In this document: positions 9,687 to 18,375 of the stretch, in pieces
Numbering within the stretch: the first letter of the stretch is position 1
Layout: each line of letters opens with the position of its first letter
NCBI GenBank assembly: GCA_964446625.1
Contig: CAYUPH010000001.1
Coordinates: 70,283-134,282 of the forward strand
Length of the DNA: 64,000 nucleotides
Reading direction: 5' to 3'
Source: an uncultured Candidatus Saccharibacteria bacterium
GTDB taxonomy: Bacteria; Patescibacteriota; Minisyncoccia; Phycocordibacterales; CAIRYW01
The notes under the pieces: model-generated
Told to the model about the DNA's origin: nothing
The model's input: only the letters and a program-made list of their open reading frames with translations
Databases searched by the model: none
Position numbers and translations under genes: made by a program

Positions 9687-10220
9687 TTATTTTTTCTTTT
9701 TTATAATTTTTTGATACTCACTTTCTGTCACCAAATCTTTTGGGTTTGTTCTATCAAGAAAAACAATTCCTTCTAGGTGATCAATTTCATGTTGAAAAAT
9801 TCGTGCCACAAAATCAACACACACAGCTTCACATTTCTCCCCTTTTCTGTTTGTATATGTAACAAGAATTTTTGTATATCGTGGGACTAGTCCTCGAATA
9901 CCTGGAATAGACAAACAACCCTCAAATTCTTTCTTCTGTTTTTTACCTAAGGGAATAAGTATTGGATTGATAACCACCTCTGGTTCCATCTTTGGAATTT
10001 TTTTGTATCTTTTGTTTGGCCTACTCCACACGATGCAAACGTGTTTTAAAACTCCGACTTGAGGCGCAGCTATGCCAACCCCATTTTTTTCTTTGCATGT
10101 TTGTATTAGTTCATCACAAAAGTTTTGAAACTTTTTTGATAGAATTTCTGCTCTTGAAACTTTCTTAGATTTTTGGCGGAGCACTTTGTTACCGAGCTCT
10201 ATAACCTTTAGCTTTTTCAT
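9687..10220 (-). CDS. def: Peptide deformylase
   Basis: Motifs GIAAPQVG, EGCLSIPG and HEIDHLEG. Confidence 0.93.
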   Translation of the reverse strand: MKKLKVIELGNKVLRQKSKKVSRAEILSKKFQNFCDELIQTCKEKNGVGIAAPQVGVLKHVCIVWSRPNKRYKKIPKMEPEVVINPILIPLGKKQKKEFEGCLSIPGIRGLVPRYTKILVTYTNRKGEKCEAVCVDFVARIFQHEIDHLEGIVFLDRTNPKDLVTESEYQKIIKKKK

Positions 10221-10404
10221 ATTGCTACACTACTCTTTTTTTACTTGGATTGCAAAATCGTTTTTTACAATTTATATTTGTACTATGCTCATTAAAATCC
10301 TTATTTGCTTGGGGGTTACAGTGGCACTGGTCTTTTTGCAAATCTGCTTAGCAATCATTTTTGCAAAAAAAATTATAAAAGCAGGTATTAGACATAGTCA
10401 GAGT

Positions 10405-11206
10405 TTACTCTGACTTTTTTTCTACACCATTCCACGAAAGTTCAAAAATCATTTTCATGAGTCCGTGAATCGTTTCATCTTCGATAATCACTCCTGTTAG
10501 TTTTTCTTTTCCAAGGTTTACAATGGAAACTTTTTTATCTCCATAAATAGTTACTTCAGCATTATAAGGAAAAGAACTTGCGGAGATGAATTTCATGATT
10601 GGAATAATTTCTTTCTTGTATCCTTCATATACTCTCTCCGTAAATGTCCTGTCACTTTCTTTATCTGGAATAATACCTCTTGTTGTTATTCCCTTTTGTT
10701 CTTTTGTCTTCCTATATTTTATAAAAAATTCTTGAGGCAGGATTGACTCTAAGCTTGAGGCATTAGCCCACGCAAGCATCTCGTATGGTTTTGACACATA
10801 TGTATGAGATTCGTAAATGTTTTTTATTCCCTCAATCCCTTCAAAATATGTAATCTTGGGTTTATCTGCAACACTAAAGAGGCCTTCAATATCAGGCAAT
10901 ATCCTTTGTGCAGATTCGATTTCATCTTGAATAAGCGACATCTTATCTTTTACATTGCGAACAAGTCTTGTTGGACTTTCAATCTGATAGAACTGCTTAT
11001 TTCTTTTTTCAATTTCATTGACCAGTCCCTTAACAGACATCTGCAGCAGTATCATATATACAGTACTTCGGTTTAATCCTGTATATTCCGCTACTTTAGA
11101 CGGATAAGCTCCCCCAAGCTCAAGTAGTGCCATATAGACTAATGACTCTTTGTCAGAAAGTCCTGATTTTTCGAGCTTTTTTAGCAGATTTTCATGTTGA
11201 ATCTTC
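10405..11206 (-). CDS. TrmB-family HTH transcriptional regulator (paralog 1)
   Basis: N-terminal winged HTH (ESLVYMALLELGGAYPSKVAEYTGLNRSTVY). Homologous to the ORFs at 32910 and 34352. Start chosen at Met 11206 (MKIQHENLL). Confidence 0.7.
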
Positions 11207-11331
11207 ATTGAAGTAAGTATATTACCCTCCTTCCTTTTGTCAATTTTTACTGACAAAATTATATATATAGGTAATAGTCCCTATTTTATAAGGTATATTT
11301 CATTTCAGTAGATATTAGTTAATCACATATA

Positions 11332-11769
11332 TTGACAATACTGTATGATTACTGTATGAAAATCAGTTCCTTACAAGAGTTAGTTGACTGGCTTCTATCA
11401 CTCGACCCAAATGGTCAGATTTGCTGGCCGTGCATGCTTCCCCACTATCAATATTATCTTGCGGAAAATGATAGTCCCGAAGCTTTAGCGGTCCAAAAGA
11501 TCCAAGCACTATCAGACCCAAAAGATGTAGAAGAACCAATGAAAACATTCCTACGGCTTTTAAATCAATTTATCTTGGTTGACCTTTCGATTGATAAAAA
11601 TAGGTTTAAAAAGGGTTCTCCACTTACTTTAAAAAGAGATGGCTTGGACTTTTCTTGGAAAGCATTTACCCACTGGATTATTGCTCAATTAGAGACCGTT
11701 ACTAATTCAGAGGTGGTGCTGGAAGAAAATTGGAGAAGCGCTGTTGATAGAAGCAAAATTCCATTCTGA
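11332..11769 (+). CDS. Hypothetical protein
   Basis: 145-aa ORF divergent from the TrmB gene; no recognisable motif. Confidence 0.35.
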   Translation: MTILYDYCMKISSLQELVDWLLSLDPNGQICWPCMLPHYQYYLAENDSPEALAVQKIQALSDPKDVEEPMKTFLRLLNQFILVDLSIDKNRFKKGSPLTLKRDGLDFSWKAFTHWIIAQLETVTNSEVVLEENWRSAVDRSKIPF

Positions 11770-11843
11770 AGTCAGATCTTATGAGTGCTACAGAGTGAAA
11801 AGCCGAAAACAGCTCGTTCATACACCAAAAGAGGAAAACCTAT

Positions 11844-12041
11844 ATGAAAATGACAATAATTGTTACTGAAACAGCAGGTGGCAAGACAACTGAGGATATA
11901 ACAGAGATAACACACATGGGAGCCATCGCCCTTATTTGCTGCGCTATGCTAAAAGTTATGAGATTGATGGACTGTGGGGAAGCGGGTATCACCTACTCAA
12001 AAAGGGAAGTACCCAGACCGGAAGAAGATAAAATCAGCTAA
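11844..12041 (+). CDS. Small hypothetical protein (65 aa)
   Basis: ORF preceded by an AGAGGAAAA RBS-like sequence and followed by a strong terminator. Confidence 0.3.
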   Translation: MKMTIIVTETAGGKTTEDITEITHMGAIALICCAMLKVMRLMDCGEAGITYSKREVPRPEEDKIS

Positions 12042-12057
12042 GCTCCTCAAAGTTAAC

Positions 12058-12095
12058 CCTGCCGGTTTCGCTTCGCGAAACCGGCATTTTTTATT
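12058..12095 (+). terminator. Rho-independent terminator
   Basis: GCCGGTTTCGC-ttc-GCGAAACCGGC followed by TTTTTT. Confidence 0.8.
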
Positions 12096-12140
12096 TCCTA
12101 GAAAAAACCCTATATATATGGTATTGTAGGGGCGTCGAAT

Positions 12141-12172
12141 CATTCTTAATTCACCAATCTTAATTCTTAAAT
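12141..12172. promoter_or_regulatory. Direct repeat TTCTTAATTC x2 (reverse complement of GAATTAAGAA) in the clpP upstream region; candidate operator
   Basis: The two copies of TTCTTAATTC are 5 nt apart, 10-40 nt upstream of the clpP start. The same decamer family recurs before the palindromic terminators at 31821, 33708 and 35141. Confidence 0.3.
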
Positions 12173-12179
12173 CCTTCCT

Positions 12180-12758
12180 ATGTCATATTTAATCCCAACA
12201 GTTATTGAAAAAACCACCTTTGGAGAGCGAGCCTACGATATTTACTCAAGGCTCCTCAAGGAAAACATCATTTTCCTTGGAGGCCCTATCGATGACGGAG
12301 TAGCAAACACTATCATCGCTCAACTTCTCTTTCTTCAGGCAGAAGACCCTAAAAAAGACATTACTCTCTATGTAAACTCACCCGGAGGTCATGTAACAGC
12401 AGGACTCGCAATTATCGACACTATGAACAACATTAAAAATGATGTTTCTACTGTATGTGTCGGTATTGCGGCGTCTATGGGAGCAGTAATCCTCTCTGCC
12501 GGTAAAAAAGGCAAGAGATTTGCCCTTCCAAACAGCGAAGTTATGATCCACCAGCCACTCGGAGGTGTAGAAGGTCAGGCAGCCGATATTGAGATTTCTG
12601 CCAAGCACATCCTCAAAATGCGCGATGTTCTAAACAAAATGCTTGCCAAAAACACGGGCCAAACCCTTTCTAAGATAGAAAAAGACGTAGACCGAGACTT
12701 CTTCATGTCAGCAGAAGAGTCGAAAAAGTACGGTCTTGTTGACAAAGTCCTTAACTAA
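12180..12758 (+). CDS. clpP: ATP-dependent Clp protease proteolytic subunit
   Basis: 192 aa; GIAASMGA active-site Ser region, HQPLGG His, canonical ClpP throughout. Confidence 0.95.
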   Translation: MSYLIPTVIEKTTFGERAYDIYSRLLKENIIFLGGPIDDGVANTIIAQLLFLQAEDPKKDITLYVNSPGGHVTAGLAIIDTMNNIKNDVSTVCVGIAASMGAVILSAGKKGKRFALPNSEVMIHQPLGGVEGQAADIEISAKHILKMRDVLNKMLAKNTGQTLSKIEKDVDRDFFMSAEESKKYGLVDKVLN

Positions 12759-12774
12759 AAAGAAAGCAAGAAAA

Positions 12775-12802
12775 AACCTCGGGAAACTGAGGTTTTTTCA
12801 TT
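12775..12802 (+). terminator. Rho-independent terminator after clpP
   Basis: AACCTCGGG-aaact-GAGGTT followed by TTTTTT. Confidence 0.75.
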
Positions 12803-13011
12803 GGTCTTTGCCCGCCTCGCTTTAAGCTTAATAATTGGACTTTAGCCGTATTTTACTGTATAGTGATTGCATTAACATTTAATTCAAAATCCCTTTTTCT
12901 GGACTTTAACGCCCTTCCGCGAAGACAATCTCTCGACCATCTATGACAAAATCTTCACAAAAAAATATTCAAAGAGCGCCAAATCAAGCAAAAGCGGATT
13001 AGTATTCGCAT

Positions 13012-14541
13012 ATGTCATTAAAAATAGTATTCATGCTTCTAGCGGCTGCTGGAGTTGTTGGTGCTGCTCTCGGATACTTCATTCGATACCTTGTTGCTCT
13101 CAGCAAAAAAGGTTCGATTGAGCAGAATCTAAAGCAAGCAATGCTCGATGCTCAGGAAGAAGCAAAGAAAATCACTCTGAGCGCTGAACACGAAGCAGCA
13201 GAAATTCTCAAAACAGCGCGCGAAGATATTCGTGAAAAAGAAGAGAAGATCAAAAAGACTGAAGACAGATTGGTTGCAAAAGAAGAGCTTCTCGACAAGA
13301 GACAGACTGATATCGACAAAGAGGTTGATTCTCTCAAACTAAAAATTGAGGAAATCAAACAGAAAAAAGAAAAAGTGGACGGCATGGAAGCGACCAAAAT
13401 CGCTGAGCTTCAGAAAATTGCAAAACTTTCAGAAGAAGAAGCGCGACAAAAGCTTCTCCTTGATATCGAAAGAAAATACGAAGAGGATCTTGTTGTTCGG
13501 ATGAAAAAGATGGACACAACAAACCTTGAGAAACTCGAAACAAGAGCAAAAGAAATCCTCACGACTTCAATCCAAAGATTTGCTAACTCTGTGAGCGCAG
13601 ATGTTTTCACTACATCAATCACAATTCCTAGTGACGAACTGAAAGGAAAGATTATTGGAAAAGAAGGCCGAAATATAAAGGCTTTTGAAAGAGAGACAGG
13701 GGTTGAGATTATTGTCGACGACACACCAGGAACCATTACAATCTCATGCCACGATCCAATCCGAAGACAAGTTGCACGACTTGCGCTCGAAAACCTTATC
13801 CTCGATGGACGAATCCAACCAGCAAAGATTGAAAAGGAAGTAGAAAAGGCAAAAACAGAAATCAACAAAATCATCAAAGAAAAAGGAGAGCAAGCAACAT
13901 ACGAAACAGGTGTGTTCAATCTTGATCCTCGAGTTGTTGCAATTCTTGGACGACTCTACTTTAGAACAAGCTACGGACAAAATGTTCTTCAACACTCTGT
14001 TGAAATGGCTCATGTAGCAGGAATGATCGCTCAAGAAATTGGTGCAAACGTTCAAGTATCCAAAGCTGGTGCACTCCTCCATGATATTGGAAAAGCACTC
14101 GACCACGAAGTACAAGGAACACACGTCGAAATCGGACGAAGAATTCTGCAGAAGTTCGGAGTAAGCGAAGAAGTCGTAAAAGCAATGCAAGCTCACCACG
14201 AAGAATATCCTTACGAAACTCTAGAGTCACGAATTGTGCAGTCTGCCGATGCGATTTCAGGAAGTCGTCCTGGAGCTCGCCGAGATAGTGTCGAAAACTA
14301 TTTGAAGCGACTAGGAGACCTTGAAGCAATTGCAAACGGATTCAAAGGAATCGACAAGAGCTATGCGCTCCAGGCAGGACGAGAAATCCGTGTATTTGTA
14401 ACCCCCTCAGAAATTTCTGATCTTGAAGCAGCAAATATTGCTAGAGAGATTGCTCTAAAGATAGAAGCTGAACTAAAGTATCCTGGAGAAATCAAAGTCA
14501 CAGTGATACGAGAAAACAGAATCGTAGAATACGCAAGATAA
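13012..14541 (+). CDS. rny: Ribonuclease Y
   Basis: N-terminal TM, coiled coil, KH domain (GKIIGKEGRNIKAFE) and HD domain (LLHDIGKAL). Confidence 0.93.
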   Translation: MSLKIVFMLLAAAGVVGAALGYFIRYLVALSKKGSIEQNLKQAMLDAQEEAKKITLSAEHEAAEILKTAREDIREKEEKIKKTEDRLVAKEELLDKRQTDIDKEVDSLKLKIEEIKQKKEKVDGMEATKIAELQKIAKLSEEEARQKLLLDIERKYEEDLVVRMKKMDTTNLEKLETRAKEILTTSIQRFANSVSADVFTTSITIPSDELKGKIIGKEGRNIKAFERETGVEIIVDDTPGTITISCHDPIRRQVARLALENLILDGRIQPAKIEKEVEKAKTEINKIIKEKGEQATYETGVFNLDPRVVAILGRLYFRTSYGQNVLQHSVEMAHVAGMIAQEIGANVQVSKAGALLHDIGKALDHEVQGTHVEIGRRILQKFGVSEEVVKAMQAHHEEYPYETLESRIVQSADAISGSRPGARRDSVENYLKRLGDLEAIANGFKGIDKSYALQAGREIRVFVTPSEISDLEAANIAREIALKIEAELKYPGEIKVTVIRENRIVEYAR

Positions 14542-14550
14542 AGACACAAA

Positions 14551-14580
14551 ATACCCGCCGAAAAGGCGGGTATTGCGTTA
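14551..14580. terminator. Hairpin after rny (weak terminator; T-run only on the opposite strand)
   Basis: ATACCCGCC-gaaaa-GGCGGGTAT. Confidence 0.4.
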
Positions 14581-14652
14581 CAGACACGAAAATATATAAT
14601 TGAAATGAAAGAGACTTTTGGTCGGATTTACAAGTTTTAAACACAAACCAAC

Positions 14653-14925
14653 ATGAATAAGCAAGGAATTGTAGAAGTGGTTCATGGGATTCTCGGAAAC
14701 ACAAAGGTGCAAGCCGAGGGCGTTGTGGATGCCATCCTTGATTCTATCGTTAAAACCCTTAAAAAAGGTGACGAAGTATCAATCGCTGGACTTGGAATTT
14801 TCTCTGTAAAGGCTCGAGCAGCTCGAACAGCACGAAACCCAAGAACTGGTGAAATGGTAAAGGTAGCTGCAACTAAAGTACCTAAATTTAGAGCAGCAAA
14901 AGCGCTAAAGGACGCCGTAAAATAG
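14653..14925 (+). CDS. hup: DNA-binding protein HU
   Basis: 90 aa with the RNPRTGEMV arm motif and GLGIFSV. Confidence 0.93.
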   Translation: MNKQGIVEVVHGILGNTKVQAEGVVDAILDSIVKTLKKGDEVSIAGLGIFSVKARAARTARNPRTGEMVKVAATKVPKFRAAKALKDAVK

Positions 14926-14935
14926 TTTTAAAAAA

Positions 14936-14972
14936 CAAAAAGCCGGGGCTTTGCCCCGGCTTTTTGTTTTCC
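14936..14972. terminator. Bidirectional intrinsic terminator
   Basis: AAAAA-AAGCCGGGGC-ttt-GCCCCGGCTT-TTTGTTTT. Confidence 0.8.
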
Positions 14973-14977
14973 TTCTA

Positions 14978-15175
14978 TTAAGCAGTTCTTTCTTCTCTCT
15001 GGAGAACACTGTCGAGTACACTCCGTAAAGCATCCCTTTGCTCAGCACTTAAATCAAAAGCTCCCATTCCGATAGACGAGTCTTCATCTACTGTTTCCGG
15101 CTCAACATTCAGGTTTTTATTTTCACAAAATTCCATAAGAACCAATATTTTATCATAAACAAAAAATCCGCTCAA
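14978..15175 (-). CDS. Small hypothetical protein (65 aa); doubtful
   Basis: ORF only; no motif. Confidence 0.2.
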   Translation of the reverse strand: MSGFFVYDKILVLMEFCENKNLNVEPETVDEDSSIGMGAFDLSAEQRDALRSVLDSVLQREERTA

Positions 15176-15204
15176 TCAGGCTTCGATTCTCTTACGCAAG
15201 TGGT

Positions 15205-15412
15205 TTACACTTGCTTACCCCACAAACAAAAAGGGGTCTCTGGCCCTTTTTGTGTTTGTGGGAGGTAGAGTAATCGGTCACAAGTTACTAAGTCTCTTCG
15301 GGTGAGTACACCCTGCGGGGACTAAGTACTTGCGACCCCGACTCGGCTGCAGTTTTTTGTTACACAAAAAACTGGCTTCGCGCCTCCGTCTTTCGATTCT
15401 CTCTACCTCGCT
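15205..15412 (-). ncRNA. Candidate structured ncRNA (element A) downstream of tRNA-Gly(TCC), with termini that mimic or complement the tRNA 3' end, plus a terminal hairpin (GGGCCAGAGACCCC core)
   Basis: Read on the minus strand, the 5' box GCGAGGTAGAGAGAATCGAAAGACGGAGGCG is complementary to the T-arm/acceptor 3' strand of the adjacent tRNA. The 3' end CCGATTACTCTACCTCCCA mimics that tRNA 3' end. The termini can pair (11 bp, 1 mismatch) and enclose internal hairpins. Homologous to element B at 23622-23795. Confidence 0.45.
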
Positions 15413-15457
15413 ACAAAATTTAGTCGTAAAATGTTCTACATTTTACTTGTAATTTTG

Positions 15458-15528
15458 TGCGGGTAGAGAGAATCGAACTCTCGTCTTCTGCTTGGAAGGC
15501 AGACATTCTACCACTAAACCATACCCGC
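15458..15528 (-). tRNA. tRNA-Gly (anticodon TCC), no encoded CCA
   Basis: Manual fold: acceptor GCGGGTA/TACCCGC, anticodon stem TCTGC/GCAGA, loop CTTCCAA, T-arm GAGAG-TTCGATT-CTCTC, discriminator A. Confidence 0.88.
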
Positions 15529-15592
15529 TTTTATGTGAGACATCCTAGCATCTTTTTTACGCTGAGGCAAATTTCTTTGATATAATTTCACT

Positions 15593-16684
15593 ATGGAACT
15601 ACTAAAGTCAGGAATTTCGGGAACACTCATTTTTGTTCTCTCTTTTCTTGGCTGGAATGTAGAGGAAACAAAAACTCCTCTCCCCGAAACTCCCCCTGGA
15701 AAACAAAAAACTGAAAAGATTATCGAAACACCTGTCTTGCCAAAAAAACAGATTCCACCTCAGCCAAAGACTCCAGAGAAACCGTGGGTAGTACCAACAA
15801 AAACACTTCAAACAGAAACCCAAACTCCAGAACCCTTTACTAGAGCAGAAGAGGTAAATAAAGAAACAAACAGTAATTCAAAAAAGTATGACAAAGAAGC
15901 AGTTGCAAATATTCTTTGCGGAGAAAGAATTGGAAGCCAAATCAAATACCACACAGGGAGCGCTGTTGCAATTTCAAATGAAGGAGTTCTGATTACAAAT
16001 GCACACGTAGCCGAGTATGTACTCCTCTCAGAATTTGGAGGTAGCGACTTCTTTTGTGAAGTGAGAGCCGGGTCCCCCGCTTCTCCTGCTTACAAGGCAA
16101 AAATGCTTTTTATGCCGTCTCTTTGGATAAATGCAAACAAAAATAATTTAAAATATGATTCGCTTTCAGGAACTGGTGAAAATGATTACGCTCTCATCTA
16201 CCTTTCAGAAAAAACAAAAAACTCTACTTCTTCTCTTCTTCCTACAGAAATTAACTTATCTGGAATAACTAAAAATCAAAATATCTTTATCTCTGCCTAC
16301 CCTGCTGGTTTTTCAAGTACAAATATTCTTCTGTCTTCTCTAAGCAAAGCAAATACAAATTCAAAAATAAAAAGCATATGGCCACTTGGTAGCGCAAGAA
16401 GTGCAGTTTTTGATACCGAGCCAACACTCCTTGCAGCGGGAGGTGCGTCAGGAGGAGGAATTTTTGCTGGCTCTCAGCTTATTGGAATCATTGGTGCGGT
16501 TGTTATAGATAAAGAAACAACAAAACCTGCTATACGAGGAATTTCTCTTGAGTATATTTCTAATCAAATTAAAAGCGAAAGCGACAAAGAACTTTCTGAA
16601 TTTCTAAAAAATCCAGAAAGCACTGCGGGTAAATTTAAGTCTGATTTTGAGAAGTATACAAAAACCCTTCTTACAAACCGATAG
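15593..16684 (+). CDS. Trypsin-like (S1/Trypsin_2) serine protease, membrane-anchored with Pro/Thr-rich linker
   Basis: N-terminal TM, TNAHV (His), DYALI (Asp) and GASGGG (Ser) triad context. Confidence 0.6.
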   Translation: MELLKSGISGTLIFVLSFLGWNVEETKTPLPETPPGKQKTEKIIETPVLPKKQIPPQPKTPEKPWVVPTKTLQTETQTPEPFTRAEEVNKETNSNSKKYDKEAVANILCGERIGSQIKYHTGSAVAISNEGVLITNAHVAEYVLLSEFGGSDFFCEVRAGSPASPAYKAKMLFMPSLWINANKNNLKYDSLSGTGENDYALIYLSEKTKNSTSSLLPTEINLSGITKNQNIFISAYPAGFSSTNILLSSLSKANTNSKIKSIWPLGSARSAVFDTEPTLLAAGGASGGGIFAGSQLIGIIGAVVIDKETTKPAIRGISLEYISNQIKSESDKELSEFLKNPESTAGKFKSDFEKYTKTLLTNR

Positions 16685-16982
16685 ATTTTTTTGCAAATTC
16701 ATTTGCAATTTTTATGGCCGTCTCAAAATTGTCTTCAGAAACTAAAGTGTTCCGCCTTATGTGTCCGCACTTCTCGCACTTTTGAACCACAAAAAAATCC
16801 TGCCTGTCTTTTTGAACCTCTATAGGAATCATCATTCCCCCGCAATCTTCTGCTCTGTCCCCAGGATCTACATCGACATGTTTTGAATACAAACAATTCG
16901 GACAATGGTTAGTAAAACCGTTGCCTTTTACCTTTTCTCCGCAATGTTCGCACACAAAATCTTCGACAGTTTTTTTGAACAT
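16671..16982 (-). CDS. RNHCP-domain zinc-ribbon protein
   Basis: CEHCGEK...FTNHCPNC...CEKCGH Cys pairs. Start set at MFKKTVEDF (16982) because the longer track ORF would run through the upstream terminator hairpin. Confidence 0.55.
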   Translation of the reverse strand: MFKKTVEDFVCEHCGEKVKGNGFTNHCPNCLYSKHVDVDPGDRAEDCGGMMIPIEVQKDRQDFFVVQKCEKCGHIRRNTLVSEDNFETAIKIANEFAKKSIGL

Positions 16983-17001
16983 GTAATAAAATATATCATA
17001 A

Positions 17002-17048
17002 GTAATAAAATCAAAAATGGGTCGCGCCGGTCCGAAGACCTGCGCGAC
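17002..17048 (-). terminator. GC-rich intrinsic terminator ending the GC-rich island gene
   Basis: On the minus strand, GGGTCGCGCAGGTCTTCGGACCGGCGCGACCC is followed by ATTTTTGATTTTATT. Confidence 0.65.
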
Positions 17049-17056
17049 CCATCGAG

Positions 17057-18142
17057 TCACACTTTCCTAATTGCGCTGCAGGGAAACCTATCGCCCTCCC
17101 TACTCACCTGGAGAGCAATCACTTCCCCCGGATCGAAGTTGGGCAACAACCCGAGATTAAGCAGCTTTTTACCGCTCTCATCCTGCGCTTGCTGGTGATG
17201 AATGAGGGTAACTTCCCCTCTAAATTCCCCGTCTTCAATGACAGCCATGCCGGCTCCACCCAGCCACGGAAAATTGTAGAAGATAACCCTCGCCTTCACG
17301 AAGCCAGCATTGCGGAGTTCCTCCGAAACCGGGTCGAAGACCCCAAAACGATCTGTCCCCCCTGTTAGGAGTCGGCCCCAGTCAGCCCGGATAGCTTTCG
17401 AGAAGGGAATTGTGGCGTTATTTGCCACCGCCCACTTCAGGACCGCATCACCGAAGTTCTTCACATAATCCACTGTCGGAAATGCGTTTTCGTCCCGGGT
17501 TGGAACCGCAAAGACTGCATGATGTCCGCTCTGGTAATACTGCCTTCTTGCAGTGCGACAAATGGCAGGGTTCGTTCTTGTCACTTGTCCCCAGTATGTT
17601 TCCTGGAGGGTAACAAAAACCTTTCCTGCACAACCGAGGACGGACACCTCGATGTGAACAAATCTACCGTCAGTGCGAATCAGCACAAACGCAAGGTCTT
17701 TTTGGACCCCGCTTTTGTGTGCCTGGGGAATTTGGATCCCCCTAACGTCTTCCGCCCACTGGAGAGGGACACCGTAGTCCCCGAGCCGCAAAGGGTCGAC
17801 CTCAAGCAATCGAGATTGACCTGACTTGAATGCCCCCCGAAGTAGTGAAACCCCGAGCTTGGGGTTTGCCTGAAATCTGAGGTTTATCCCCCTAACGTTG
17901 GGAACAGCAGACACCTCCGACCACATGGATGTGGCAGAAAATGAACAATCTGTAAGCGAAGCGTTCTGGTCGGGTGAGCGGTTGTCCACCGCGACCTCGA
18001 ATTCTCCAAAGTCAGGGTGCACCCACTTCATCACCTGGTGAGTGGTGGAGAGGGGCACCCAGTTCGTAGAAGTCTCGCAAGGGACAGGAGGTTCACCTGC
18101 ATCAAGTCCTGCTTTGACAAGCAGGTCGTAAAGGTTGGTCAT
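17057..18142 (-). CDS. Hypothetical protein in an anomalously GC-rich (about 55-58% GC) gene; probable horizontal acquisition
   Basis: 361-aa ORF from MTNLYDLLVKAGLD. GC of 60-nt samples is 52-58%, against 32-38% in the flanks. No family recognised. Confidence 0.55.
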   Translation of the reverse strand: MTNLYDLLVKAGLDAGEPPVPCETSTNWVPLSTTHQVMKWVHPDFGEFEVAVDNRSPDQNASLTDCSFSATSMWSEVSAVPNVRGINLRFQANPKLGVSLLRGAFKSGQSRLLEVDPLRLGDYGVPLQWAEDVRGIQIPQAHKSGVQKDLAFVLIRTDGRFVHIEVSVLGCAGKVFVTLQETYWGQVTRTNPAICRTARRQYYQSGHHAVFAVPTRDENAFPTVDYVKNFGDAVLKWAVANNATIPFSKAIRADWGRLLTGGTDRFGVFDPVSEELRNAGFVKARVIFYNFPWLGGAGMAVIEDGEFRGEVTLIHHQQAQDESGKKLLNLGLLPNFDPGEVIALQVSREGDRFPCSAIRKV

Positions 18143-18375
18143 AATAGCAAAAGTGTGTCGAAGAACAAAATGCCGTAGGTTACGGCAGGAGGTTTTGGTA
18201 CGCAACGGCGCCCTAGCTCTCACAATTCTTCTAGCTTCCAAGCTAGTTGAACTTTCTTTCCGCAACACGGTTGAAACTTTTATATTATAACATAGTTTAT
18301 ATAAAAATCAAGTACGATTATATTAGTGATTTTCAGTCTATAAAATATCTTAAATATTGTGCTATGCTTTTATTT

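Noticed and set aside
13152-14549. Several 60-170 aa minus-strand ORFs inside rny
   Set aside because: Antisense shadow ORFs of RNase Y with low-complexity composition.
15180-15457. Possible tmRNA (ssrA) or permuted tmRNA encoded downstream of tRNA-Gly
   Set aside because: The element has no intact T-arm (no GGNNN-TTCGAAT-NNNCC hairpin at its 3' end), no plausible tag reading frame ending in ...AA-stop, and is only about 150 nt. The same applies to the copy at 23641-23795.
16982-17060. ATGA translational coupling between the GC-rich gene and the RNHCP gene (track ORF 16671-17060)
   Set aside because: The extended RNHCP N-terminus would be translated through the GC-rich terminator hairpin; the internal Met at 16982 after an AT-rich promoter-like stretch is the more plausible start.
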